Positions 55,225-64,000 of a stretch of 64,000 nucleotides of DNA are shown piece after piece. The translations under genes were made by a program, and so were the position numbers. The DNA is from Eledone cirrhosa (Eukaryota). The DNA lies in assembly GCA_964016885.1 (NCBI GenBank), contig CAXHJY010001268.1, positions 1 to 64,000 on the forward strand, written 5' to 3'. Within the stretch, counting starts at the first letter, position 1, and the number at the start of each line of letters is the position of its first letter. Under the pieces are notes generated by a model. The model did not search any database. It had not been told where the DNA came from and was given only the letters and a program-made list of their open reading frames with translations.

Positions 55225-55650
55225 GAAGCACCCAGCCCACACTGATAAGTGGTCGTGTAGGTGGCATGACAAAAAGCACCCAGTCCATACTATAAAGTGG
55301 TCATATACGTGTCATGACAAAAAGCACCTAGCCCATACTGTAAAGTTGCTGTATATGTGTCGTGACAAAAAGCACCCAGCCCACACTGTGAAGTGGTCAT
55401 ATACTTGTCATGACAAAAAGCACCCAGTCCATACTGTAACGAGGTTGTGTAAGTGTCATGACAAAAAGCACCCAGTCCACACTGTAAATGGGGTTGTCGT
55501 TAGGAAGCGCATCCAGTTGTAGAAACCAAACCAGAATCTGTTCTGTATGAGCAAGATATGGACATCTGACCTGGCTTGTCTCACAATGGGACAACTTGTC
55601 TAACCCATGCTAGCATGCTGGAAAAATGGACGTTAAACAATGATGATGAT
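55225..55650 (+). mobile_element. RTE-3'-UTR-related element with 48-bp minisatellite and (TGA)n tail
   Basis: GCACC.AG units start at 55228, 55276, 55324, 55372, 55420 and 55468; then GCATCCAG.TGTAGAAA and GGACGTTAAACAA(TGA)n. Confidence 0.8.
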
Positions 55651-55799
55651 GGAGACGTATTTGAAAACCAGTAGTTTTGTCAAGAAACTATCTTGAGCCT
55701 GTTGCTACCCAAATGTCTTAACATTTTATTTTCTCAGTTAGTTTGTTGATGATGATGAGGTTTACATTCTTTTTAGTTGTTTGTCACCAGGCTCTTTAA

Positions 55800-56032
55800 C
55801 CCTTTAGTTACCAACCTGGCCAAAACCGTCTCTGGTTCCATGTAATAAAACCACCTATTTTAAAGGTTTCCAATTTAAATTAAAATCTTCCAACCTAATT
55901 TCATAAAAGAACCTTACATTAGGTTATTATCTTAGTAATGAAATAATTAATAATTTTAGAAAATCCCTTGAAATCCTTCATTAATTAAATAAAATAAAGT
56001 AATTTTTCTTAAGAAATATGGTCATGATAGGT
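55800..56032. mobile_element. piggyBac-type MITE (degenerate)
   Basis: TTAA|CCCTTTAG..CCTGGCCAAAACC start shared with 31021; ends before a TTAA. Confidence 0.45.
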
Positions 56033-56065
56033 TTAAGCTTTTCATAAAACTATCCTTAATTGCAG

Positions 56066-56134
56066 ATGTGGGAAGAAGCTTGCCACACTCCGTGGATTCA
56101 TAGAACAACACATACAGCGTCTGTGCAGCTCAAA
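56066..56134 (+). CDS. HTT: Huntingtin coding exon (12th in window; gene continues beyond the window)
   Basis: ttgcag|(K)CGKKLATLRGFIEQHIQRLCSS|gtgaga; compare [23 protein letters not shown]; phase 2-2. Confidence 0.93.
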
Positions 56135-56769
56135 GTGAGACTATATTTTAAAGTATTTCTTTTTAAATTTTGTTGAATTAATTAATATCTAGTGAAACCT
56201 TGGTTCACAAACTTAATTCATTCCTGCAGGCCGTTTGTCACCCGATATGTTTCTAAACCGGAACTATTTTCCCATACGAAATACAGTGAGAGAAAGACTG
56301 TGTGAAAGACAGATAGAAATCACCATAGTAACTATCTACACAGTAAGTGATACTTTCTTGCTAATACTTCAAGCTTGTTGCCAACCGTTGTTGTTGGTTT
56401 GGAAAACTTGTTCGCGAACAGATTTGTTCGTGATGAGAAGCATTCATGAACTGAGGTACCGCTGTATTTATTTACTGGTTGCAGTCTTTTGAGCTGCTCT
56501 TATGCTCTGTTCATTTTCAGGGAAGGGGAGTGGAGGAGGAGGGGATCTGCATCTCACATATGTTCTCATGCTTTATTGAATGAATTTTATTGTGGCACCA
56601 GCACTAGGAAAATGGTCATGTTTTTGACACAGCTGAAGAGTCCTCCTGGCAACTTTTTATATTTTTTGGCAGGATTTCTACAGCAGGATATCCTTACTCT
56701 GATTGTGTGTGTGTCTGTGTCAGTCATAACTCCTTTGTAGTTGTTATCAATCAGGATTTTAAAGGGAGG

Positions 56770-57240
56770 TGTAGTTATGTGGAGAATAACACCTAAGGAG
56801 TGATAGTGAAGAGGCTATATGATGCCTGTGTGAGATGCGCGATGCTGCATGGTAGTGAGACATGGGCAGCAACTACAGAGGATATGCGACGGCTGGAGAG
56901 AAATCAAGCAAGTATGCTCCGTTGGATGTGCGATGTCAATGTGCGAGAATGACCAAGCATAGATGAGATGAGGGATAAGTTGTGGTGTGCGGGAGAGAAG
57001 ACTGAGATGGTATGGGCATGTGATGCGCATGGAAGATGACCGTTGGGTAAAGAAGTGCCAAGAAATCCAGTAGAAGGAAGACCTCGAAAAACATGGGCGG
57101 AGGTGGTGAGAGCAGACCTCAGATCGCTGAAGCTCACAGAGGAGATGACGAAGGACTGTGACAAGTGGAGAGACGCTGTGCTGAATGGGACCCGTCCTAC
57201 CCTTGCAAGCAGGGAAAAACGAACGTAAAATGATGATGAT
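56770..57240 (+). mobile_element. RTE LINE 3' fragment (subfamily C)
   Basis: LYDACVRCAMLHGSETWA...RRLRWYGHVMRM...GRPRKTWAEVV; short 3' end and (TGA)n tail. Confidence 0.9.
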
Positions 57241-57419
57241 ATATATATATATATATGTATGTATATATGGTGGTTCACCACTGGGTAGAATTGGCGATAA
57301 ACCCAACTGACAACAATGGGCTACCACGATCGCCTTTGAATCAAAAACAAAAAACACATTCTTTCTTCTCTGCTTTTCCTCTTTAAAACCTCTTGGAATG
57401 TGTTTACCATCATTCCAAT

Positions 57420-57481
57420 ATACACCTGATGATGTCACTAGGTTCATACATAACTTGGCCACTGAAATGTGCATAGTATTT
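57420..57481 (+). ncRNA. Degenerate type I hammerhead-like motif
   Basis: AUACAC-CUGAUGA-[hairpin CUAGGUU/AACUUGG]-GAAA-UGUGCA-UA-GUAUUU, followed by AATAAA and (TA)n; stem I is imperfect. Confidence 0.4.
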
Positions 57482-57656
57482 GCAGGAATAAAAATTTGAT
57501 ATATATATATATATATATATATAGAATGATTAAGTATCGAGAGAGAGAAGAAAATGGAAAGATGGGCGATACATATATTTAGTCAATACTCGTGCCTACA
57601 GGGTTAAATATTAGAGGCGTCAATATTTAGTGGGCGAGAAAAAATAAGCAGAGCGA

Positions 57657-58270
57657 TTATAAAGGAAATGAATACAAAGAGTTTAAAAACGTTAGAACAT
57701 GTTTATATAATAGTGCGCCTACGTACGTTTCACCCGTAATGGGCCTATCAAGGGCATGGAAAGCAAAATAATGATCAATACAGGACCCAGGAGGGAATTC
57801 ACGGTTAAATTAACATCATCGTTAATTTTTCCCCTCTGTGCATGTGTTTTTATTATCGCAGAGCAGGGGGAGTAACTCTGAACGGTGTTCAAACAATCGG
57901 TCCCATGTGGATTTTTATATCTGTTCATATGCTGGTGTTTAGCATCTTTATATTATGCGTGTTGTTTCACTAGTGCCACTACAGGTCGGGTCTAGGGTGT
58001 ACATTTATTATTTAGTGGATGTTGCTTCACTAATGTTTGTTCGAGTGTGGTCTGCGGTGTACATTTGGTTCACAGATGTTTGTTCATACTGCCTGTCCAC
58101 CAGGGTGTTATGGTTCGGGCAGAGGGACCCAGTTCGTAGTTTTCACGTCACAGTCGCCTCCCATTATTTTGCTTTCCATGCCCTTGAGAAGCCCATTCCG
58201 GGCGAAACGTACGTAGGCGCACTATTATATAAACATGTTTTAACGGTTTTAAACTCTTTGTATTCATTTC

Positions 58271-58275
<5 letters not shown>
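57657..58275. mobile_element. Small PLE-like non-coding element with ~113-bp inverted arms, each holding a hammerhead variant
   Basis: ~57659-57772 is the reverse complement of ~58162-58275; (TA)n follows. Confidence 0.65.
58179..58221 (+). ncRNA. Type I hammerhead with U3-A8 core variant
   Basis: UGCCC-UUGAGAA-GCCC AUUCC GGGC-GAAA-CGUACG-UA-GGCGCA; the inverted copy at 57714-57756 reads UUGAUAG. Confidence 0.62.
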
Positions 58276-58328
<53 letters not shown>

Positions 58329-58436
58329 GTATATATATATATATAAATATATACAAACAAACAAACCGAGCATTATAATAAATGTTCGGTAAACTGATAT
58401 GTGCATATATATGTGTGTGCATGTATGTATATATAT

Positions 58437-61400
58437 ATCATCATCATCATCATCATCACCGTTTTACGTCCGTTCTTCCACGCTAGCATGGGTTAGACGG
58501 GTTGTCCTGTTGTGGGCAGTGTCTGGTCGGCTGACCATGCCTTGCTCATACAGGAACTGATCTGGCTTGATTTCTACAGCTGGATGCCCTTCCTAACACC
58601 AACCTCATTTACAGTGAGTGCTGGGTGCTTTTTCGTGGCGCCTACACGTCCACTTTACAGTGTGGGCTGGGTGCTTTTTTGCCGTGGCACCTCCACGACC
58701 ACCTTGCGGTGGGGGGGGGGGGGCATATTGTTTATATGCTTCAGCATGTACCCATGGGAGGTCGGGTACCCTGTATTACTGCGTGACGCCAGAAGTCACG
58801 GTCGTGTGTCATTGACTTTGAGAGGTGTAGTTGGGTAAGGTCGGCTTTTATCACCTCATCCCAAGTCATCTTGGGTCTCCCCACTCCGCGGTTTCCATCA
58901 ACTTCTAGTGCTCTGCACCTTTTTATGCAGCTGTCATCCTTCATACGCATCACATGTCCATACCAGCGTAACCGCCTCTCCTGCACGCAGCATTTGATTC
59001 CTCTTATGCTCAGTCTCTCTCTCAATTCATTTATGCTTTGTCGTTCACGTATATTACTGTTACACATCCATCGGAGCATGCAGGCTTCGTTTCTCTCTAA
59101 TCTACGTAAGTCTTCCACCTTCAGCGCCCAGGTCTCACTACCATGCAACATCGCTGTTCGGATACACGCATCATACAGTCTGCCTTTCATTCTGAGGGAG
59201 AAGCCTTTTGCAGCTAGCAGTGGTAGTAGTTCCCTAAACTTCTTCCATCCCGTTCTTACCCTAGTTATTGTACTTTCTGAGCACCCACCTCCGTTGCTAA
59301 TTCGGTCACCTAGGTAGCAGAAGCTGTCTACTGTTTCTACAGGGCCCTCCCAGAGATTGGTGGTACTTGTTTCCTGTGGCTGTTTGCTTGCTGTTTCAGC
59401 ACAGCTGCTGCATGTGAATCCTACATTCTTAATTAAGCTTCCTGAGATCCCGCTACATCTCTTGTGTACCCATTGTTTGCATTTGGGGCAAAGAATGGAG
59501 TTCCTACCTACACCTTTCCTACATACTGAGCAAGGCCATTTCCCTGAGGGGATCTGGGTTCTGTTTTCTCGTCTACTTATAAGGACCTTAGTCTTTGTCA
59601 TGTTGACTTTGAGGCCCTTTCTCTCTAGTCCCTGCTTCCAGGTTTGGAATTTATTCTCTAGTTCTACCATAGATTCAGCTATGAGTGCGAGGTCATCAGC
59701 ATACAGGAGTTCCCATGGGCATCCGGTCTTAAACTCCTCCGTTATTGCCTGCAGGACTATGATGAACAGGAGAGGGCTAAGAACAGAGCCCTGGTGGACC
59801 CCAACCTGTACGCTAAATTCCTCGCTATACTCATTGCCAATCCTAACTTTGCTGACTGCTCCCCTATACATGGCTTGTACCGCTTTCACAAGCCATTCAT
59901 CTACTCCTAGTTTTCTAAGAGCCCACCAGATTACTGCACGTGGAACTCTGTCAAAGGCTTTCTCAAGGTCGACAAATGCCAAGTAGAGTGGCTTACTTTT
60001 AGCTAGGTACTTTTCCTGTAATTGCCTCACAAGGAAGAGCGCATCAGTGGTGCCTTTCCCTGGAACAAACCCAAATTGCATCTCGTCTATATTCACCCGG
60101 TCCCTAATCAGCTGTGCTATAACTCTTTCTGTTACTTTCATGACCTGGTCCATCAACTTTATACCTCTATAGTTTCCTCTATCTAGTGCATCGCCTTTAC
60201 CTTTGTAGCAGTTGACAATGATGCTACTGCACCAATCTTTTGGTATGGCCCCCTCTAGTATTACCTGGTTAACGATACGTGTGGTTATAGTGTGACCTAC
60301 AGACCCAGATGCCTTCAGCATCTCGGCAGCTATACCCGATGGACCGGTTGCCTTCCCTATCTTCATATCTCTGATTGCCTTACTTACTACGCTGCCGCTG
60401 ACTTGTACTGCTGGTCCCTCTATAGGGTCTACGTGGGGTAGGGTCTCTTCTTCCCATGCATTCTCCTCATTTAGTAATCTATCATAATGACTCTTCCATG
60501 CATCTTTCTTCTCAGCACTTGTGAGGGCAAGCTCACCTTTATCATTCCGGATACACTTCTCTCCAATGACATCACAACTATCTCTGACACACTGCCTCGC
60601 AATCTTGAATACCTCCTGTTTCTGGTCCTCACGTTGTAAAACATGCTTGAATTTTCTATCCTCTGCTTCCCTCCTAGCTAAGTATACTTGTCGCCTAGCT
60701 TCCCTCTTAGTCTCTATGTAATGTACCCTGCTCCCCCCGTTCTTCCATTCTTTCCATGCCTGTCTCTTGGCCTTGACTGCTTCATCTACCTTATTGTTCC
60801 ACCACCAAGTCACTCTCCTCCTGCTTGAGGTCTTACTCCAGCCACAAACCTCATCCGTCGCCTCTAGTAAGTTATTTTTTAGGAACTCCCAGTTCTCTTC
60901 TACGTTAAATGTCTCTATCTGTTCTTCTTTACTGTCGTAGGCGTTGAGTAAAATATCTTTAAATCTGTTACTGGTTGAGGGGACTTTCAGCTTCCAGATC
61001 TTTCTTCTCCAGGTTGGCCTCTGTTTCAGGGCTCGTCTAGTTCTGACCGTGAGGTCGCTGACAACTAAGCTATGTTGGGATGTACATTCCTCACTAGGGA
61101 AGGCTTTTGTGTTTACGACCGTCCATCTGTCACGTCCTCTGATGAGGATAAAATCTAACTGACTAGAGTGCTCCCCTGATCTATAGGTGATCAGGTGGTT
61201 GTCGGGTTTTTTAAAGTTTGTGTTACATATCGACATGTCATTGGCGTCGCAGAATTCTAGAAGTCTGAATCCTTCCTCATTCCTTGTGCCAACTCCATGG
61301 CCTCCATGTACTCTATTGAAGCCGTCGCAGTGTTTACCTACGTGTCCGTTAAAATCTCCTGCAATGATTAGGAAGTCCTTGTCGTCTGTTAGAGCAGTAG

Positions 61401-62097
61401 TGTGTATTAGGGACTCGTAAAACCTATCCTTAAGTTCGTCTGGCAGCCCTGATTGGGGTGCGTAAGCTGATATTATTGTGGTAATTGTCTTATTCAGGAC
61501 TAGTCTGAGTTTAATGATTCTTGCATTTACCCTGTACACTGAGATTACTTTATCTACCCACTTGTCAGCTAATAGTATACCTACACCACCCATCCCATCG
61601 TCATTTCCCACCCAGAAAAATTTGTAGCACTGGCTTTTTCCTACAAGGACTCTAGCAGACCCTCCTCTCCATCTAGTCTCTTGCACACAGCATACATCAA
61701 CTTCCTTTCGCTCTAGCATTTCTACGATTTCTCCTGCTCTTCCTTTCATTGAGCCTACATTGATGGTACCAACTCGGAGTTTTGGGCATTTGTCGACACT
61801 CGTAGGGGAGGGTCTCTGGGTTGGCGCTTCACGTGGGTGCTTGGTAGCTCGCAGATTCATATTTCATCTATTGATTCAGAGTTGCTCGTGTATTCCCAGC
61901 TCATCCATCCCTAACGGTGGGAAAATTGAGGGCTAGAAGGACAGTGGTGGTGGGGTAATGGCAGGGTGTGTTGGGATGCGAGGAGAGAGTTAGTTAGGCA
62001 GGTAGTAGCAGCAGCAGCAGTGGAAATGGCATGCTAGGTTTGATTGGTCGAATAGACTATGGTGGTGTGTGGGGGTGGGGGGGAGGGAAATTGTGAG
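58437..62097 (-). mobile_element. Apparently intact RTE-clade LINE (subfamily B), antisense to HTT
   Basis: (TGA)n tail at 58437-58458, 3' UTR, single uninterrupted ORF, 5' UTR running into a tandem array. Confidence 0.96.
58741..61860 (-). CDS. RTE polyprotein, 1039 aa: APE endonuclease plus reverse transcriptase with inserted PHD finger
   Basis: GTINV, CVQETRW, SAYAPQ, AGDFNGH, QLDFIL, SQH; QFGF, FVDLEKAFD, HQGSVLSP, YADD, C4HC3 finger, FCYLG, RLRWYGHV; ATG to stop with no interruption. Confidence 0.96.
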   Translation of the reverse strand: MNLRATKHPREAPTQRPSPTSVDKCPKLRVGTINVGSMKGRAGEIVEMLERKEVDVCCVQETRWRGGSARVLVGKSQCYKFFWVGNDDGMGGVGILLADKWVDKVISVYRVNARIIKLRLVLNKTITTIISAYAPQSGLPDELKDRFYESLIHTTALTDDKDFLIIAGDFNGHVGKHCDGFNRVHGGHGVGTRNEEGFRLLEFCDANDMSICNTNFKKPDNHLITYRSGEHSSQLDFILIRGRDRWTVVNTKAFPSEECTSQHSLVVSDLTVRTRRALKQRPTWRRKIWKLKVPSTSNRFKDILLNAYDSKEEQIETFNVEENWEFLKNNLLEATDEVCGWSKTSSRRRVTWWWNNKVDEAVKAKRQAWKEWKNGGSRVHYIETKREARRQVYLARREAEDRKFKHVLQREDQKQEVFKIARQCVRDSCDVIGEKCIRNDKGELALTSAEKKDAWKSHYDRLLNEENAWEEETLPHVDPIEGPAVQVSGSVVSKAIRDMKIGKATGPSGIAAEMLKASGSVGHTITTRIVNQVILEGAIPKDWCSSIIVNCYKGKGDALDRGNYRGIKLMDQVMKVTERVIAQLIRDRVNIDEMQFGFVPGKGTTDALFLVRQLQEKYLAKSKPLYLAFVDLEKAFDRVPRAVIWWALRKLGVDEWLVKAVQAMYRGAVSKVRIGNEYSEEFSVQVGVHQGSVLSPLLFIIVLQAITEEFKTGCPWELLYADDLALIAESMVELENKFQTWKQGLERKGLKVNMTKTKVLISRRENRTQIPSGKWPCSVCRKGVGRNSILCPKCKQWVHKRCSGISGSLIKNVGFTCSSCAETASKQPQETSTTNLWEGPVETVDSFCYLGDRISNGGGCSESTITRVRTGWKKFRELLPLLAAKGFSLRMKGRLYDACIRTAMLHGSETWALKVEDLRRLERNEACMLRWMCNSNIRERQSINELRERLSIRGIKCCVQERRLRWYGHVMRMKDDSCIKRCRALEVDGNRGVGRPKMTWDEVIKADLTQLHLSKSMTHDRDFWRHAVIQGTRPPMGTC

Positions 62098-64000
62098 GTA
62101 GGAACTGAGGGTCGCATGGTAAATATCCAAGTTAATACTACATCAGTAAAATTAACAATAATAACGTCATGAAAAAAGCTACTAAGAGAAACCCTCGAAA
62201 ATTTATCGCTAATACAGCAGGGAAAATTTAACGCTAATACAGCAGGGAACATCATAATATTAACGACATGAAAAAGCTACTAAGAGAAACCCTCGAAAAT
62301 TTATCGCTAATACAGCAGGGAAAATTTAACGCTAATACAGCAGGGAACATCATAATATTAATGACATGAAAAAGCTACTAAGAGAAACCCTCGAAAATTT
62401 ATCGCTAATACAGCAGGGAAAATTTAACGCTAATACAGCAGGGAACATCATAATATTAACGACAATATGTAGGCTAAAATACCTTCGTAGATTAGGTGGA
62501 TGGCTGGCTGGGAAAATTTGAATCAGCTCTACTGGTACATTTTAGCAGAGAAGAATGGCAAAGTGTCTTATCTCTTCAATATTTTCAGATTGAATGAATT
62601 AGGTTAAAGACAGGGTAGTAAGCCTTAAAGAAGTGCATAGAGGGGGGGGGGGGGGGGTAGGAACTGAGGGTCGCATGGTAAATAACTGAGAGAGATACAA
62701 TAGGATTAGAATACCGCATGGTAAATATCCAAGTTAATAAGTTAATACTACATCAGTAAAATTAACAATAATAACGTCATGAAAAAAGCTACTAAGAGAA
62801 ACCCTCGAAAATTTATCGCTAATACAGCAGGGAAAATTTAACGCTAATACAGCAGGGAACATCATAATATTAACGACATGAAAAAGCTACTAAGAGAAAC
62901 CCTCGAAAATTTATCGCTAATACAGCAGGGAAAATTTAACGCTAATACAGCAGGGAACATCATAATATTAACGACATGAAAAAGCTACTAAGAGAAACCC
63001 TCGAAAATTTATCGCTAATACAGCAGGGAAAATTTAACGCTAATACAGCAGGGAACATCATAATATTAACGACAATATGTAGGCTAAAATACCTTCGTAG
63101 ATTAGGTGGATGGCTGGCTGGGAAAATTTGAATCAGCTCTACTGGTACATTTTAGCAGAGAAGAATGGCAAAGTGTCTTATCTCTTCAATATTTTCAGAT
63201 TGAATGAATTAGGTTAAAGACAGGGTAGTAAGCCTTAAAGAAGTGCATAGAGGGGGGGGGGGGGGGGTAGGAACTGAGGGTCGCATGGTAAATAACTGAG
63301 AGAGATACAATAGGATTAGAATACCGCATGGTAAATATCCAAGTTAATAAGTTAATACTACATCAGTAAAATTAACAATAATAACGTCATAAAAAAAGCT
63401 ACTAAGAGAAACCCTCGAAAATTTATCGCTAATACAGCAGGGAAAATTTAACGCTAATACAGCAGGGAACATCATAATATTAACGACATGAAAAAGCTAC
63501 TAAGAGAAACCCTCGAAAATTTATCGCTAATACAGCAGGGAAAATTTAACGCTAATACAGCAGGGAACATCATAATATTAACGACATGAAAAAGCTACTA
63601 AGAGAAACCCTCGAAAATTTATCGCTAATACAGCAGGGAAAATTTAACGCTAATACAGCAGGGAACATCATAATATTAACGACAATATGTAGGCTAAAAT
63701 ACCTTCGTAGATTAGGTGGATGGCTGGCTGGGAAAATTTGAATCAGCTCTACTGGTACATTTTAGCAGAGAAGAATGGCAAAGTGTCTTATCTCTTCAAT
63801 ATTTTCAGATTGAATGAATTAGGTTAAAGACAGGGTAGTAAGCCTTAAAGAAGTGCATAGAGGGGGGGGGGGGTAGGAACTGAGGGTCGCATGGTAAATA
63901 ACTGAGAGAGATACAATAGGATTAGAATACCGCATGGTAAATATCCAAGTTAATAAGTTAATACTACATCAGTAAAATTAACAATAATAACGTCATGAAA
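62098..64000. repeat. Nested tandem array: ~610-bp higher-order units, each with three 98-bp monomers that contain a ~24-bp duplicate
   Basis: GTAGGAACTGAGGGTCGCATGG starts at 62098, 62657, 63267 and 63873; 98-bp period (e.g. 62267, 62365); runs off the window end. Confidence 0.97.

Noticed and set aside
62009-62020. (CAG)4 inside the huntingtin locus
   Set aside because: Intronic, within the RTE 5' UTR; the HTT polyQ exon is N-terminal and outside this window.
62589-62614. Possible HTT exon within the 610-bp unit (TTTTCAG|...|GTAGTA)
   Set aside because: In the phase required after exon 56134 it reaches TAA within six codons and shows no HTT similarity.
62168-63680. CRISPR-like appearance of the 98-bp repeats (and the 48- and 51-bp repeats elsewhere)
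   Set aside because: Units are wholly repeated with no unique spacers, there are no cas genes, and the context is eukaryotic intron.

Overview
AT-rich animal genomic DNA, most likely an octopus or other coleoid cephalopod (inferred from the SINE/LINE families and composition). The window is the interior of a huntingtin (HTT) gene on the + strand. Twelve GT-AG coding exons between 27414 and 56134 splice in phase into one stop-free frame of 558 codons matching the C-terminal half of huntingtin. The rest is intron filled with mobile DNA. (i) A ~20 kb tandem/inverted array (1900-21453) of Penelope-like element remnants sits in (TA)n tracts, with a GIY-YIG endonuclease relic and six copies of a type I hammerhead ribozyme that has an unusually long (~100-116 nt) stem II. 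(ii) At least five further hammerhead-like motifs belong to other small families, one with a U3-A8 core. (iii) There are several RTE-clade LINEs whose RT carries an inserted PHD finger. One antisense copy has an intact 1039-aa ORF, and its 5' side runs into a three-level nested tandem array (~24/98/~610 bp). (iv) R4-like LINE remnants, Deu/Nin-like and CORE-like SINEs, MITEs and minisatellites are also present. Other points of note are a triplicated in-frame splice acceptor on one HTT exon, a candidate 27-nt microexon, an antisense SPOP-BACK-like ORF, and many intronic inverted repeats. All homology calls come from motif recognition by eye, not database searches, and repeat boundaries are approximate.
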